A stretch of 64,000 nucleotides of DNA, taken from assembly GCA_013265495.1 (NCBI GenBank), contig MU058103.1, forward strand, positions 372,001-436,000, read 5' to 3'. The position numbers and the translations under genes were made by a program. The first letter of the stretch is position 1, and the number at the start of each line of letters is the position of its first letter. Of this stretch, positions 1 through 13,200 are shown piece by piece. Origin of the DNA: Vicugna vicugna (taxonomy: Eukaryota). The notes under the pieces are model-generated. The model searched no databases and had not been told where the DNA came from. It saw only the letters and a program-made list of their open reading frames with translations.

Positions 1-39
1 ATAATAATTTAACAATTAGGTTTATTGTTAGCTTAAGGT

Positions 40-180
40 GCTAATTTATCCTGTTTAATTCTCACAATAAACTTTAATGTGGGCATAATAAATTTTACCT
101 CTCCTATTTAATCAAATGGAGGCTTAGAAGTATTAAGTTATTAACCATGGTAACATGGGGTCAGAACTCTTAACAGTGAT
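40..180 (-). mobile_element. MIR SINE fragment
   Basis: tttaattctcacaataac...aatggaggcttagaag resembles the antisense MIR core; degenerate. Confidence 0.55.
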
Positions 181-1239
181 TTAATGATTTTAATTTTTCC
201 CTTTTGTCCTTGATATCCTATGGAGAATGGCAGTTTTAATTCTTTAAACTAGTGTTTTCTAAGAATTTTTTTAGTCCCTGTATAATTAAGAAAATGCTCC
301 AGAATGTCACAGCCCCAGTTAATATTCACATACGTGAATGAGTGCCTGCATTGTGCCAGACACTGTGGCAGTGATAATCCTAAAGGTGTATGTTAATAGA
401 TACAACTTTCCTTAAGACGTAAAACCCAGATATATAGCTCTAAAAAGAGCTCCATTGAAGAAGGGTAGCTAGGCCAAGAATATCTAATTCTATTCTCTTG
501 AAGTTAATTCAACTCTTGGGCTCTGTTGAGGTATCACAGAAGCTATGCCTTTTCATTTTGAAGCTGTATAGGCCAAGGATGCACTTAAATGCCCTTGCAC
601 AGCTGAGAGAGTCTGTATCTTTCAAAACGTTAAGGGTAAAAATAGAATCCTAGGCACAAAATTAAGAGATGGTATTAGCCTGTAAAACGGGCATATCTTT
701 GTATTTCCTGCCATATCTAAGATTGTTTCCAATGCCCACGAGACCTTCACTTGACCTTCACGTTTTACTGCAACTCCAAAGAGAAGAGACTGACTCCATT
801 TTCATGTCCTCCCACTTCCTAGCATCAGATTATTTCCCCAAGTCTAACATGAGTTAACACTAAATAGCATGGAAGACGACTCCAAGAGTTCTGATCAATC
901 CTTTTGGCTCTTTCATAGTCCTCTATAAAGGGGAGAGGAAGAGGGAGACTCCATTTTTACCCAGGACCTCCTTTTTGGTTCTTTACAGTCATAGAGACCC
1001 CCATTTGCTTAAAGAATGGGCTCTAGGAATAATTTTACCCTACAGCTTCAACAAAACTTGCTGTGAATGTAGTATTGGATACTTTGTGACAGTCCCACCA
1101 ATAGAACTATAGTTTAGTGCTGTAATCCAAAAAAAAAAAAAAAGAAAGAAAGGACAGAAAAAACAAAAACATTATTTTTTAGAGAAAATTATCTCATTAC
1201 AATTTATCAAATCAGCTTTTCCAGTAATTTACTCTTCCC

Positions 1240-2150
1240 ATTACTCATTAATTAACTTATTCACTCACTCACACATTGATATGGATCAAACGTTTATGTC
1301 TCCCTAAAGGATTCATATTTGGAAGCCTAATCCCAATGTGATGGAATTTAGAGAAAGACCATTGGGGAAGTGATTAGGTTTGGGTATGGTAATGAGGCTG
1401 GAGCCCCCATGATGAGACTGGTACCATTATAAGAGGATAAAGAGTATAGAGCTCCCTTTCTCTGTTATATGAAGACATATCAAGATGACTACTGTCTCTG
1501 AACCAGGAAGCAGGCCCTAACTAGATGCCAAATCTGTCAGTAACTTGATCTTGAACTTCACAGCTTGTAGGACTACGAGAAATAAATGTCAGTTGTTTAA
1601 GTCACCCAGTCTATGTTAATTGTTAAAGCAGCCCACACTGACAAAGACAGCAATATACTGAAAGATCCCTCTATGCAAGTTATCATGTGAGGTGTTCAGC
1701 ATAGGAAGATGTAAAAACAATATCCCTGACCACAGGAAGCTTTCACTCTACTGGAGAAGTAGGCTAGTAAGGAATAACCACAGTACTCAGATGAAAATGA
1801 TGAAAGTGTATATAAGATAAATGAGAGAAAAAGAGAAAGAGCACATTGGTCTTCCAGGGTAATCAGTGCAGACTTTCTAGAAAAGCTAGGTTGTGAACTG
1901 AGGAGCCTTAGCACACAAGTAGCAGAATATTCCAGAGCAGGAGAGCAGCAGTTATGGAGGGACAGGGATGTGAAACAGAATGGCATATTCGCTAAAATGA
2001 ACAACTTCTTAGTATCTGTAGTATTAAACACTGGAAAGATCAAAAGACATGAGTTTGATGAAATAGGCAGACAGCAGGACATGAAGACATTTTAAAGAAT
2101 TTTGACTTTATCTTGAAGGCAGCTGAGCATACACAAAAGTTTTCAATCTG
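1240..2150 (-). mobile_element. L2 LINE 3' portion, interrupted by an MLT1A0 LTR
   Basis: Starts with a (ttca)-like tail; L2-like sequence resumes after 1650 (aatatccctgaccacaggaagctttcactctactgg...). Confidence 0.7.
1277..1649 (+). mobile_element. MaLR solo LTR (MLT1A0-like)
   Basis: tgatatggatcaaacgtttatgtctccc start, aataaa near 1581, gcagcccacactgacaaagaca end; matches the recalled MLT1A0 consensus layout. Confidence 0.85.
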
Positions 2151-2691
2151 TCCTGCTTAATATGTGTTAAAGCATATTAGGGAGTTTTAGAGGGTTTTTC
2201 TACATCCAGTTTTGACTCATATGTTTGAAGTACCCAGACTTGTATATAAAACAGCCATCTATTAGGGGTAAGTGGTTTAATGGAATCTTTCATACATTCA
2301 TGACCAAGGCTCATGAGTGTAGTATTTCTTAATAGAAAATCATTAATTCCATTGGCATCAGACCATTAATCATAATACATTCTTTTGTTAAATCCTGGTG
2401 TTCTTGAAAGTGTAATTTATAGGTCAAGTCTCACAAATGCTTGATTAAGAATGGCTGAGGCATTGATGAAAAATGCATTACTTACAGCTGCAGTTCACTA
2501 ATAAGCTTAACTATGATGAGGAGACATCTGTCATAATTCAACTGGATTTCAGCCCTGGCTGGCTCCTATAAACAAATAACTATAAAGAGGCAGATTTAGC
2601 TTTTCTCTTCCTATATACCTAGTAGCTGGCCTTTGGGAATCTATAAATGGTCAAATCTCGTATAGCATGAGATATTTTGGAATCAAGGTAA

Positions 2692-3160
2692 TTACTCAGA
2701 TATCAAAAAGAATGAAATAATGCCATTTGCAGCAACATGCATGGACCTAGAGATTATCATATTAAGTGAAGTAAGTCAGACAGAGAAAGACAGTTATTAT
2801 ATGATATCACTTATATGTGGAATCTTAAAAGAATGATACAAATTTGATTTACAAACCAAAAATAGACTCACAGACATCGAAAACAAACTATGGTTACCAA
2901 AAGGGAAAGTAGGGGAAGGGATAAATTAGGAGTTTGGGATTAACAGATATACATTACTATATATAAAACAGATAAACAGCAAGGACCTACTGTATAGCAC
3001 AGGGAACTATATTCAATTTCTTGTAATAACATATAATACAAAAGAATCTGAAAAAATAACATAATACAAAAGAATCTATATATATCTGAATCACTTTGCT
3101 GCATACCTAAAACTAACATTGTAAATCAACTACACTTCAGTAAAAAATAACATTAAAAAA
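2692..3160 (+). mobile_element. 5'-truncated L1 3' end (artiodactyl type)
   Basis: L1 3' sequence (aaagaatgaaataatgccatttgcagcaac...aaggacctactgtatagcacagggaac), A-rich tail, possible 7-bp TSD aaggtaa at 2685-2691 and 3161-3167. Confidence 0.9.
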
Positions 3161-3222
3161 AAGGTAAGACAAAGCAGAGAGGGAAGAAATTCAGTGTATG
3201 AAGACCAGAGACCTCCCAGAAG

Positions 3223-3940
3223 CTTTTTTTTTTAAATTGAAGCAGAGCAGATGTGCAATATTATATGTTACAAGTGTATGATATAGTGATTCATAAATTT
3301 TAAAGGTTGTACTCCATTTATACTTATTATAATATATAGACTATATTCCTATATTGTACAATATATCCTTGTAGCTTATTTTATACATAATAGTTCATAC
3401 CACTTAGTCCCCTACCCTGGTATTGCTCCTTTCCACTTCCCTCTTCTCACTGGTAACCACTGGTTTGTTTTCTATATCTGTGAGTCTGCTTCTGTTTTGT
3501 TATATTCATTAGTTTGTTGTTGTTGGTTTAGAATTCACATATAAGTGATATCATATAGTGTTTGTCTTTCTCTGACTTATTTCACTTATCATAATACCCT
3601 CCAAGTCCATTCATTGTTGTNNNNNNNNNNNNNNNNNNNNNNNNNNNNNNNNNNNNNNNNNNNNNNNNNNNNNNNNNNNNNNNNNNNNNNNNNNNNNNNN
3701 NNNNNNNNNNNNNNNNNNNNNNNNNNNNNNNNNNNNNNNNNNNNNNNNNNNNNNNNNNNNNNNNNNNNNNNNNNNNNNNNNNNNNNNNNNNNNNNNNNNN
3801 NNNNNNNATTTTTTCAAATTATTATTGTCCCCATTTTTTTTTGATATATTCCAAAGGATGGAATTGCTGGGTCATGTAGTAATGCTATTTTTAGTTTTTT
3901 AAGAAACCTCCATACTGTTTTCCTCAGTAGCTGCACCAAA
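3223..3940 (-). mobile_element. 5'-truncated L1 3' end spanning the assembly gap
   Basis: poly-T then aaattgaagcagagcagatgtgcaat...; after the gap ggaattgctgggtcat...gctgcaccaa (antisense ORF2 end). Confidence 0.9.
3621..3807. other. Assembly gap (187 N)
   Basis: Run of n seen directly. Confidence 1.
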
Positions 3941-4931
3941 TAAATAAGCTTGAAGTGACCTGCAATACTTTAATCTCCCATATGTACAAAGTCCTTAAGA
4001 GACTCTTTCCCAAACACAGCACAATCTTCTGACTTTTAGAAGCAGCATCTTAGCAAATGCTTAGCCTTGATTTCATGGCAAGAACTCTTTCTGTTTCCTA
4101 ACCCTGTCAACCTTCACTCTGTCTAGCATCCAGATTAATAGTTATTTAACTGTTGAACAATTATGACAGGTGATTAATTAGTTTCAAGGAGAAGCCACTT
4201 GTGCTGCTATTAATCAGCTCATCACCAGACAGAATGAGAAGAAAAGCAATCTGTATTTGTTACAAAATGGGCTAGGCAGGCATTACTCAGGCAATAAGAA
4301 AAGGTCGCTGTCGAGCTGAAAGCACAATGAACAGGGTCTGTGAGATTGATGAGAGAGCATTATTTTCTGTATATATTATGAGGAAAAAAAAGACCATTCA
4401 ACACAGTGTGGTGAAAGGAACTCAATGCGTGGTGTGGAGAACAGATTCCACCAGATGTGCAAAGTGCTTAAATCTTATACCACAGGCATAAAGGAGTATT
4501 TATGAGTTAAGATGTAAGGTGAAGTGTTGACTGTTTCCTCATCATTTCTGAAAATATCATAATGACTAGAATTGCTGCATTTGAAAATGAAGTAGAGAAT
4601 TCATTGATGCTTAGTGAACCGTGACAGAAACTTTGTGCCACCTTCCATTTCTCTTTTACCCTCATTCTCTACAACCTACCCTCAGTCTGATTCCTTTACC
4701 ACCACTCAGATCTGTCCCGCTCCATTCTTCCTACCATTATTATAATTAGAGAGCTTATCAGCTCTTGTCTGGACTACTGAAATAACCTTTTCTTAACTAG
4801 TGTTTCATGTGCTATATTGTAGTCTTGGTGATATTTCCTTTAAATGAAAACTGGATGGTGGTAACTTCCTGATTAAAACCACAAATGGGATTATGTTGAC
4901 ATGACTTGTAAGCCTCTTCCTCAATACACAG

Positions 4932-5178
4932 CATCAGGGTAGAGAACACTGCTCTGAAATAAGACAAACTGGTTTGAATTCTACTTCTTTTTCTTACTTT
5001 TTCTTCCTAGCTGTGTGACCTTGGCCATGTCACCCAAACTTCAATTGGCTTATCCGTAGAAATGAGGATAATAGTAATGTCTCCATCATAAGTATGTGAA
5101 TTTTCAATGGGTTAATACATATAAGGTGCTTCGAATTGTGCCTGGAATGCACAGATAAGTGCATTAGCTATTGTTATT
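4932..5178 (+). mobile_element. MIR SINE, near full length
   Basis: ctagctgtgtgaccttgg...aaatgaggataatagta...ttagctattgttatt. Confidence 0.8.
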
Positions 5179-5199
5179 TCTAGCTAGATACCCAGCCCT

Positions 5200-5594
5200 A
5201 TTTCTTTAAATAATCCAAGTAAATTTCCATCTTTATACCTCTGATTTATTTATTCCCTTTGTCTAGAAAGAACCCTCATATGCTCTCCTCTTTACCATTT
5301 GTCTTGAACAGATAGCCATCTTCAACATTCAGCTTAAAAGTTTATTCTCCTTCTCTGAGATGCCTTTTTCAGCTCCCTCTGCTCAGATGGAAATGAACCT
5401 CCCCACCACCCTGCCTCCCTCTTCTGTCACACTGTTCCCTATCTCTCAGTCACCTCAGCACTGGATTGCATTTAATGCCCTTGCTTCTAGAGATTAAGGT
5501 TCTTGTAAAGTGAAATGTTTTCTTCCATCTATATTGCCCAAGTATAATGCTTCACACACAGTAGGAATTTAATAAATATTCTGAATGAATGAAT
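5200..5594 (+). mobile_element. L2 3' end
   Basis: Ends cagtaggaatttaataaatattctgaatgaatgaat, the typical L2 terminus. Confidence 0.7.
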
Positions 5595-7792
5595 ATTGCA
5601 AGAAAGGTTGTCCAGACAAGTAAAATAGCCACTGAAATAATCGAACATTGGCAAACTGAAGATAAAGCCAGAAGTTGATACACTGACTGATCCATTACTT
5701 AAATCATCATAAACTCTCTGGGGACTTTGGGGAGTATACTCTGGATTGGAATAATTAGTGACTTGAGGCAAATGCTTTGAATCACAATCTCTATTAAAAT
5801 GACCATCATATGTAGAATGTGATTTAAAAAAAAAATCTAAATAGTCGAGGTTCCTTCTAGCAAATTGTCAGGTGGGTTGCTGATTGCCAAAGTGTCTTTT
5901 ACGAGCTCTTCTGGGGCATCGGGAATTACCCATAATCTACAGAGGGAAAATCCTAAGGTTTTGGTTTCATTTAAAATACAAAGCCTGTCTGAGGAAATAC
6001 ACCATTAAAGAAAATGAGTCACATCCTCATCTCCTCCTCAGTTGCTAGTAACACCTGTGTGGGGAAAAAAATTATGTTTGCACTTCTTATTTTCTCCTTT
6101 TCTCCATTAATCATACTTTATACAGCGAACGCTTGGGGTATTGCAAGTGTATGACTTCAGGTGGGTAAGAAACAGCAGGGGCTTTATAAAAAACAGATCA
6201 ACTTTATAAAAAAAGAGACAATATTTTCACATGGTTCAATTTACCCCTCCCTGCGTGGATGGGTTTAACTACACCAGAATTGGCTTTTGCAAGCACCTAA
6301 GGAGGTACTTAAACTTAATTGCACTCTGCGCTTGTTACTGGAGTAGTTAATCAGGTGCAAACTAGGGCAAAGACTTTTTGGGCTTGCTCCCCCTGGAACA
6401 TTGTCCTAGGGTCTCATTACCAAGCTGAATCCTGTTTTTGACTGTACAAAGTATTAAATATTAATGGCAAAAATATTTTTCTTGGTCCCACAGAAATAGC
6501 CAAAGCATTAAATCAACTATTTTCCTTATGTGAAGACTATGTTATAGAGGACCTCATGTAAGCAACCGAGCTAAAAAAGTTAGAGAAGAGACAGTAAACA
6601 AGAAGAAAATGAGGCAAGAATCTATGAAATGAATATAAGAAATTTCTCATGCATATAGTAGGAGGTCACAACATACCCTCCTTGCCCAGGCACTGCTGTA
6701 AAGGAAGGAAGAAGACAGGTTTCAGTGCCTACAGATACAAGTTGAGTTTAGTTTCAGTAGTTTTTTAACCTTAGGTTAGTAATTTATCTTCTGTGAGTCT
6801 ATTTTCCTTCTGTAGAATGACGTTTTCACAAACCCCAGGTGAGATCATGGGAAACTTGTACTGCAAGCCTCCTAGGTATGAGCCTGATCCGCTGTTGAGA
6901 CTGGGCAGAGCAGATTCGTTCTTGGTTGTATTAGTCACACGAAGAATGGAGTTTGCTTTTGTTAGACTTTGAATGGGGCACAGAATCTAGGGGAATAGTT
7001 GATAATTGCCATACTTCAAACATAGTTCAACCTAGTAGTTTTTTGGAACATTTTCTTCCTTTACAGTGTCATAGTAATAAGAAAATACTGAATGCTCCTC
7101 TCTTCCCCAACCAGTAGTGACAATCAGATCACTCGTGATTATCCGTCATTATGGGAACCATAACGGTGCAGTCTTCATGGTAAGGGAAGCCATTACTCTT
7201 CTATTGGCTGGAAGGCTGGTTGTCCACTCTAATAAATATAGGAAATTAGTCAACTTTAAACATCCTTTTAGGCATTTAAAAATATAGTGATAGGGCATCT
7301 AATATTGAAAATTTTATGAAGCTGGCATCACCTTTTCTTCCTGCCTACTCTTTGGGGAGTGTTTCCTTTGTTTCTTCATAAGTCAAAATTTGTAGTCAGG
7401 CCCGATATCACTGTATGTTTCTTCTGGCTAGTGCACACCCCAACAAGAAGTTTTCTCTCCCTTGTAATTTCCTAAACATCTATCTATTTCAAACATTTGA
7501 CCCTCTTGTCAAATAATGTTCCAGTTGACCTACGTATTTGTCTTTCTCTGCCTTCTTTAGATTTGAAACCCTTCTCCACAATTACACTGCTGTGTGTAAA
7601 ACATGTCTCCAGAAGTTAGGATCATTCCAAAAATTCCATGCTAAAGTGCTTTCTATTAAAATAAGTTTAGGATTAAAACAGTATATTAGGTTAGGAATAT
7701 ACATATATAGCATAATATAGTATCCATAATATACATATAATGTATTTTATCCTTTTTTTGGACTCCACAATGCCCACAAAATTCCCTGAGAT

Positions 7793-7832
7793 TATATGTG
7801 TGTATATATGTACACACATATATATATATATA
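7793..7832. repeat. (TA)n/(TG)n microsatellite
   Basis: tatatgtgtgtatatatgtacacacatatatatatatata. Confidence 0.9.
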
Positions 7833-8449
7833 TAAAACCATATAATACTTTGAATAACTTAGTCTATCCTTTGAGAGTTTCATCACAGACTCCTTTATGA
7901 TGCAATATATCATATTATCTCTCTCTGTATCTTTTATCAGAGAAAAACCAATCCAAACAATCACCCATTTCTCCTCCTCTCATACATAAAACTGGCTCCT
8001 GATAAATGTTACTCTCAAACCAAAAAATTAGATTTGAAAAATTCCTGCATTCCAGGTCCTTTAACATATATGAATTAACCCTCATAACAACTGCATTGCT
8101 TGTGCATTTTAAAAACTCTTTTACTAATATGAAAACAGAGATTCAAAGAAGGTAAATGAATATCCAAAGCGATAAAACCAGCAAACATTGATTTTGAAAT
8201 TTGAGGCTTACTAACTCTAAAGTGCATTGGCTTTTCCCAACATTGTTTAAAGGGAAAACTTGATAGAGTCATGAAACCAGGAGGCGATCAGAAAGGAATT
8301 ATTTTGGAAAAGAAGACAAACCTGAAGGAAAAGCAAAAAATGGATTATCCAGAAATAACATAATTGGATTTGGAACTAAACCTTAACTGTGCTTGAGATA
8401 GTGCCCTATCTCAAATTTAAAGGGACACTCGAAATAACAACCATTGACT

Positions 8450-8625
8450 GTTGTCTACTCACTCTTTGCCCTGTGAGATGGATACTGATATTCTCACTTT
8501 GCAGATGAGTAAACCGAGGCTCGGAGGTTCAGGCAGCTTCCTTAGGCATTCACCCAGTAAGTGGCGGAGCCGAGAATTATACTCGGAGCTGTCTGATATG
8601 TCTGATCTCATCTGCTATTCACACG
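8450..8625 (-). mobile_element. MIR SINE
   Basis: actttgcagatgagtaaaccgaggctcggagg core; explains ORF 8451..8720. Confidence 0.8.
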
Positions 8626-9119
8626 GTAGGTGGTGTCTTGCTAGGATAATGCCTTCTGATTCTCCTGACTTAAGTGAAGGTACTTCGCGTGTGATTGTGT
8701 GGGAGATGAGGGAAAAGTAAGCTTACGTAATGCTAAGTATCCCCCTCTAAATCATAGGACATGTGATAAGAACAAAGGAAAGGTTCATGTTGAATCATGA
8801 ACTCATGGAGTTAGCAGCTTGACTCGGTTGAGTACTGAATATGAGGACAACCTGTCTCACGATTGGCAGGTTTGTCTGATTCTTGGCACTGAGATAATAA
8901 GAACAGGTGTGAAGTAAACAATTCCAACTTCGTCTTAAATTTCTAGCATCAAACATTCAGAGCTCCCTAGTGCTGTGACACCTTCCTGCTTCTCTTCTGC
9001 TCACACTCTCAGCCAGGTTCCAAAGTCTGCAATGATCAGCTGTTAGGAGCTAAGATTTCTAAGTACTTAACAGACTGTGATAAAACAACAAAAACTTGAA
9101 TCCTTAACCCTTTATATAT

Positions 9120-9560
9120 CAGGCACCCCTTTGGCAATCTTGAGAAGTTCATAGGCTCTCAGAAGAATTGTGTAAATGTCTTCAAATTCATAAAATAAAA
9201 TGCACGTATCAGTTGATATACATTCTGGTACATCTGCCCAAATCTTTTGTTAAAAAGTTATAAATATAAAACTGTGTTTTTACTTTTAAGCTCATTCAAT
9301 AGCAAAATATAATAGTTATACCGTAATTTCAAAATAGTGAAGATTGCAACATATTTTAATATATCTGCAATGCCTGTAATGTGATATGAAAATATGTGTT
9401 ATGATTTCTGTTAGTAACAAAGTTGCAGGCACTGCTAAGAGTATTGCTTGTTACCTATATCATCTATATTTATAACTGAAAAAATGCTAAATTTCAGTTG
9501 GTAATAGTAAAAATAAATATGTATTTTTTTTCTGTGCAAGTTAAATAAGCAGTCTGAATT
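9120..9560. mobile_element. hAT-Charlie DNA transposon remnant (Charlie4-like)
   Basis: tgtaatgtgatatgaaaata...acaaagttgcaggcactgcta...aatgctaaatttcagtt resembles a recalled Charlie consensus; subfamily uncertain. Confidence 0.6.
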
Positions 9561-9624
9561 CTATTAACCAAACACCAGAGACCAAAAGGCCCTGCTATTG
9601 TTGCTATTGGCCTTGGTAGATATC

Positions 9625-9790
9625 TGATGTATATTATCTCTAATCTTCATAACATTGCATGAAGTAGAATTATGTAACCTTTCTTTTATAGATGAAGCTT
9701 TTGAATCTCGTGAAAGTAAAGTAACTCACTTGTGGTTAAATACATGAGTGATAAAGCTGGTCTTTCAGCCAAATATCTAGTCATCCCAGT
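9625..9790 (-). mobile_element. MIR SINE fragment
   Basis: ttttatagatgaagcttttgaatctcgtgaaagtaaagtaact. Confidence 0.6.
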
Positions 9791-10309
9791 CAACTTTCAA
9801 CTCTACCACCAAGCCCAACCCTGCTCTAATAATGAACCTCCACCTCACACCATCCCATTTTATGTAAATCCTTCTATACCTAAAATCTAGGCAGTAACAA
9901 CACCCAAGATTTTACTGGGAAGGTGGTCTGATAAGTTCCAAGAGAACCTTGTTATATTTGGTTTCAAGGTGAAGACAAGACTTGAGTGAGGAACCTTCAT
10001 GAAGAGAAGAGATGAACCCTCCAGAGAAGATATGGGAGTTTGTAGAGTAAAAGCAACTTAAAATAAAAAATGTATTATGACAAACAGACTAGCACAACAG
10101 CAGTGCAATATAATCTAGGGAAGTCTTGCTGACAGAGGAAAGTAGTATTAAAAAAAAATCACATGAATTTTAAAAGAACATCAGTAAGGATTTCTATTCT
10201 CATCATTATCTGATGAGAATATCTATTGAAAGATTCTGGCAATCCCAGAGACTTTATGTGCAGATGTTAAAAACTACTGGGACACTGATGCATGGTTGCT
10301 TGCGGGTGT

Positions 10310-10620
10310 GACTGTCCCTGGGATCAGACTGTGTGCCAGTCTTTGCTTTGTCATCTACTAGTCATGTAGTATTGGGAGGTCATTGAACTCTCCCTGTGCC
10401 ACAATTTTCTCATTAGAAAAAGGAGCATAACAAGAGTTCTTATGATACCATTGATAGTGTGTGTGTGTGTGAGAATTAAATGAATAAATACATGTAACTT
10501 TTCTGTGCCTTAATTCCTTCATCTGTAAAATGGGGATCATTAGGATGTACCTCATAGTGTTGTTCTAAAGATTATATAATTATAAAGCACTAATGTCAGC
10601 ACCTGACATATAGAAAGAAC
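10310..10620 (+). mobile_element. Two tandem MIR fragments with an embedded (TG)n
   Basis: The MIR core appears twice (ctgtgccacaattttctcatt; ctgtgccttaattccttcatctgtaaaatgggga). Confidence 0.75.
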
Positions 10621-11569
10621 ACATTTTTTTTTAAGTGTAGATTTTAATGAGCTCTGTGATCTTGACCTTGAGCATGCTAGTCTTGTATCTGAGCTTCAGG
10701 GTTGTTTTTTTTTTTTTTCATTTGCAAAATGGGGATTCTTTCTACTTCATACCGATTTCCACATTAAAAATGATCAGATCAGAAATTATATTTGAACCTA
10801 AGTTTCTTATTCAAACCCTTGATATGATATCATTCTGAAAAAATCTCTGAGTTATATCCCTGCATGGCACCAATTTTGCCTGTATGTTCTGTATCATAGG
10901 TGCACTGCATCAGTTTATTCTGTGTGCTTGTCTTTATCAAAACCTCTGATGAGCTCTGACATTATTTCTAATAATCCTATAATTTTGAGAATTACTCTGT
11001 TTTCTGTTTATCTAAAATATCTCATGTTTATCTGAAGTGTCCCATGTTTACTATGTTTTTTTTTTTCCTTAAAGGTCTAAGGTTTTTCCATGATACATTA
11101 GTTAATTTTGTCCATGAACCTGAGCAGCCGGTCAGTATCAATCTTCTAATAAAGTGATGGCTTTCTTTCCACATGAGTGCATCTTTAGCCATTATTACAT
11201 ATTATTCTCAGTCATTAGAATTAAAGGGAAAATAAGAAATCACAAAGGTCTTAAGTAGCAAGTGTCTTGTTAAGGAAATTGATTTTTATTATGTCTAAAA
11301 AACCTAGATTTCAATGGGTCGGAAAATGACCAGATTTGATACTTGGATATGCAGATCATACCTGTCTAATTAGTACACTTATTGATTGTTTGGAATTTGC
11401 TGCTAATACTTTTGAAAACATTTTTCCTTTCAATATACTATGAATTTAAATGAAATCTTACTTATGTTATCCTGTTTCTTTTTCTGAGTTTGCAAGTTCT
11501 ATAACTTTGATCTAAAGCTATCAGTTCCCATGATGCAGGGTCGAACAGTGTGACTCAAATAGAGAAGAG

Positions 11570-12195
11570 ATACTTGGTCCTAAATGGTCCACATATGGGT
11601 ACCAGAAAATCTTCCTTTAGTTTATTCCTCACTGTGAAACTCAATCCATTCTCCAAACTGCCACCATGTCTATCTGAAAAGCAAAAGACAGAAGAACAAA
11701 CAAAAACTGCTTATGCCATCCCTTTCCATTCAAAGTCCTTGACATGACATCTTTTGGAATTAGGCCAAAAGTTCCTTTCTAACTCATCTTTCGTTCTCCC
11801 TCACCACACCTGGCCCTTATCCTTTTATGTCATCTTCCCAAACTACATGTTCTTATCCAGATAAAGAACATCCTTTCCCTTATTACTTCCCATACCTCAG
11901 ACCTGGTAAACACCCACACTGGTCCTTTATCGCTTGGAACCAGATATCAATTTTTTCCTCGGAAGCTCATGTGTCTCCCTTTACTATGGCCTATCTTTCT
12001 CTTCTGCATCATTAGAGCATTTGTTTGGTATTTGAATTTTCTTTTTATTTCTGTAATCTTCTTCAGAATCAAGACTATTTTTTAAAGTCTTTATCTTCCT
12101 TGGCCAAGGACATGCCTGGAGTAGAGAGAATGCTGAATGAAAATATTGATCAATGAATGAATAAATAAATGAATATATGAATGAATAAATGAATT
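11570..12195 (+). mobile_element. L2 3' end
   Basis: Pyrimidine-rich L2 body ending in (tgaa)n/(taaa)n tail. Confidence 0.7.
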
Positions 12196-12949
12196 TTTTG
12201 TAAAGCCCAGTTGAAGTGTAATCTCTATGAAATCTTTCTCAGTTTCTTCAGATAGAGTTAATCATTTCTCCTAGATCTGTGTAAGCCTATGCATTCTACA
12301 ATGTCGGGCTGCACCTGAATTTTACACATGTCTATTAGGCTCAGGATGCTGTAAGATTCTCTGAAGTGGCTATGCCTTATTTGTCTATTCAGTCTCAGGT
12401 TTGCTAGTGCATGGTAGATGCTCAGTAAGTCTTTTTTTAAATGAATGTCTAATTATGTTGTGTCCTACTTATTTTTTATGTCCATACATGGTTTATGAAA
12501 CCTTGAAATTACCTCAGAGGAGGAGATGAGTTGATCTTTTCAGGGTGGATGCTGTCAAATGAGTCACTGTCTGGTTCAGCTGCTTGCTGGTTCACTCTAC
12601 TGAAATGGAGAGTGCTGGTTCTTACCAGCCTTGTATTCTGCAAACACTCACATAAAAAAATCTTCTTCAGTTGTGAGAGTAGTAAGTTGGGCTGTTATTA
12701 AATTGTGTTTTGGGAAGAGATATCAACAGGTGACCAATTAGCACCATAAAAAAATACGAGTTTATCCTTGAAGCATCCAGTTGTGAATGGTCCTCCCCAC
12801 ATCTCAGCAGGATAGAGATTTGTACTTGAGTGCAGCTTCTATGTGATTTGGAGAGACCTCGAGTCCTATTTATTCACACAAGGTTCAAAATTGTTAAAAG
12901 CCTCATAAAGTAAGAAAGTGAGAGCCTCTGGGGCATGTTTGTCAGAGAC

Positions 12950-13200
12950 AGCTGAGTTGAACTGGATGATTTTCAAGGTCTACCCATCCATGCTTGAATC
13001 CCCTGAGTGTCTTCTAGCTTTGCGATTGCCCAGCTTCTAGATAATGTCCTCCAGAGGGAGAGAACTAGAGCCTAAGGCAGCTGTTGCATTTTTAGATAGC
13101 TTTGACCATAAAAAGCCTTTCCTTATAGTGAAAATGTGTCTCCTTTGATCTTAGAATCATTCCACTGTTTCCAGATTGCATTTCTGAGATAAAGGGACTC
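12950..13200 (-). mobile_element. L3/CR1 LINE 3' fragment
   Basis: ggcagctgttgcatttttagatagctttgaccataaaaagcctttccttatagtgaaa resembles the recalled L3 consensus. Confidence 0.55.

Noticed and set aside
3545-3844. ORFs of 99 and 68 aa
   Set aside because: Artefacts of the N gap inside an L1.
4449-4465. Second CTCF-like sequence CCACCAGATGTGCA
   Set aside because: Breaks the GGC/GTC core at two consecutive strong positions.
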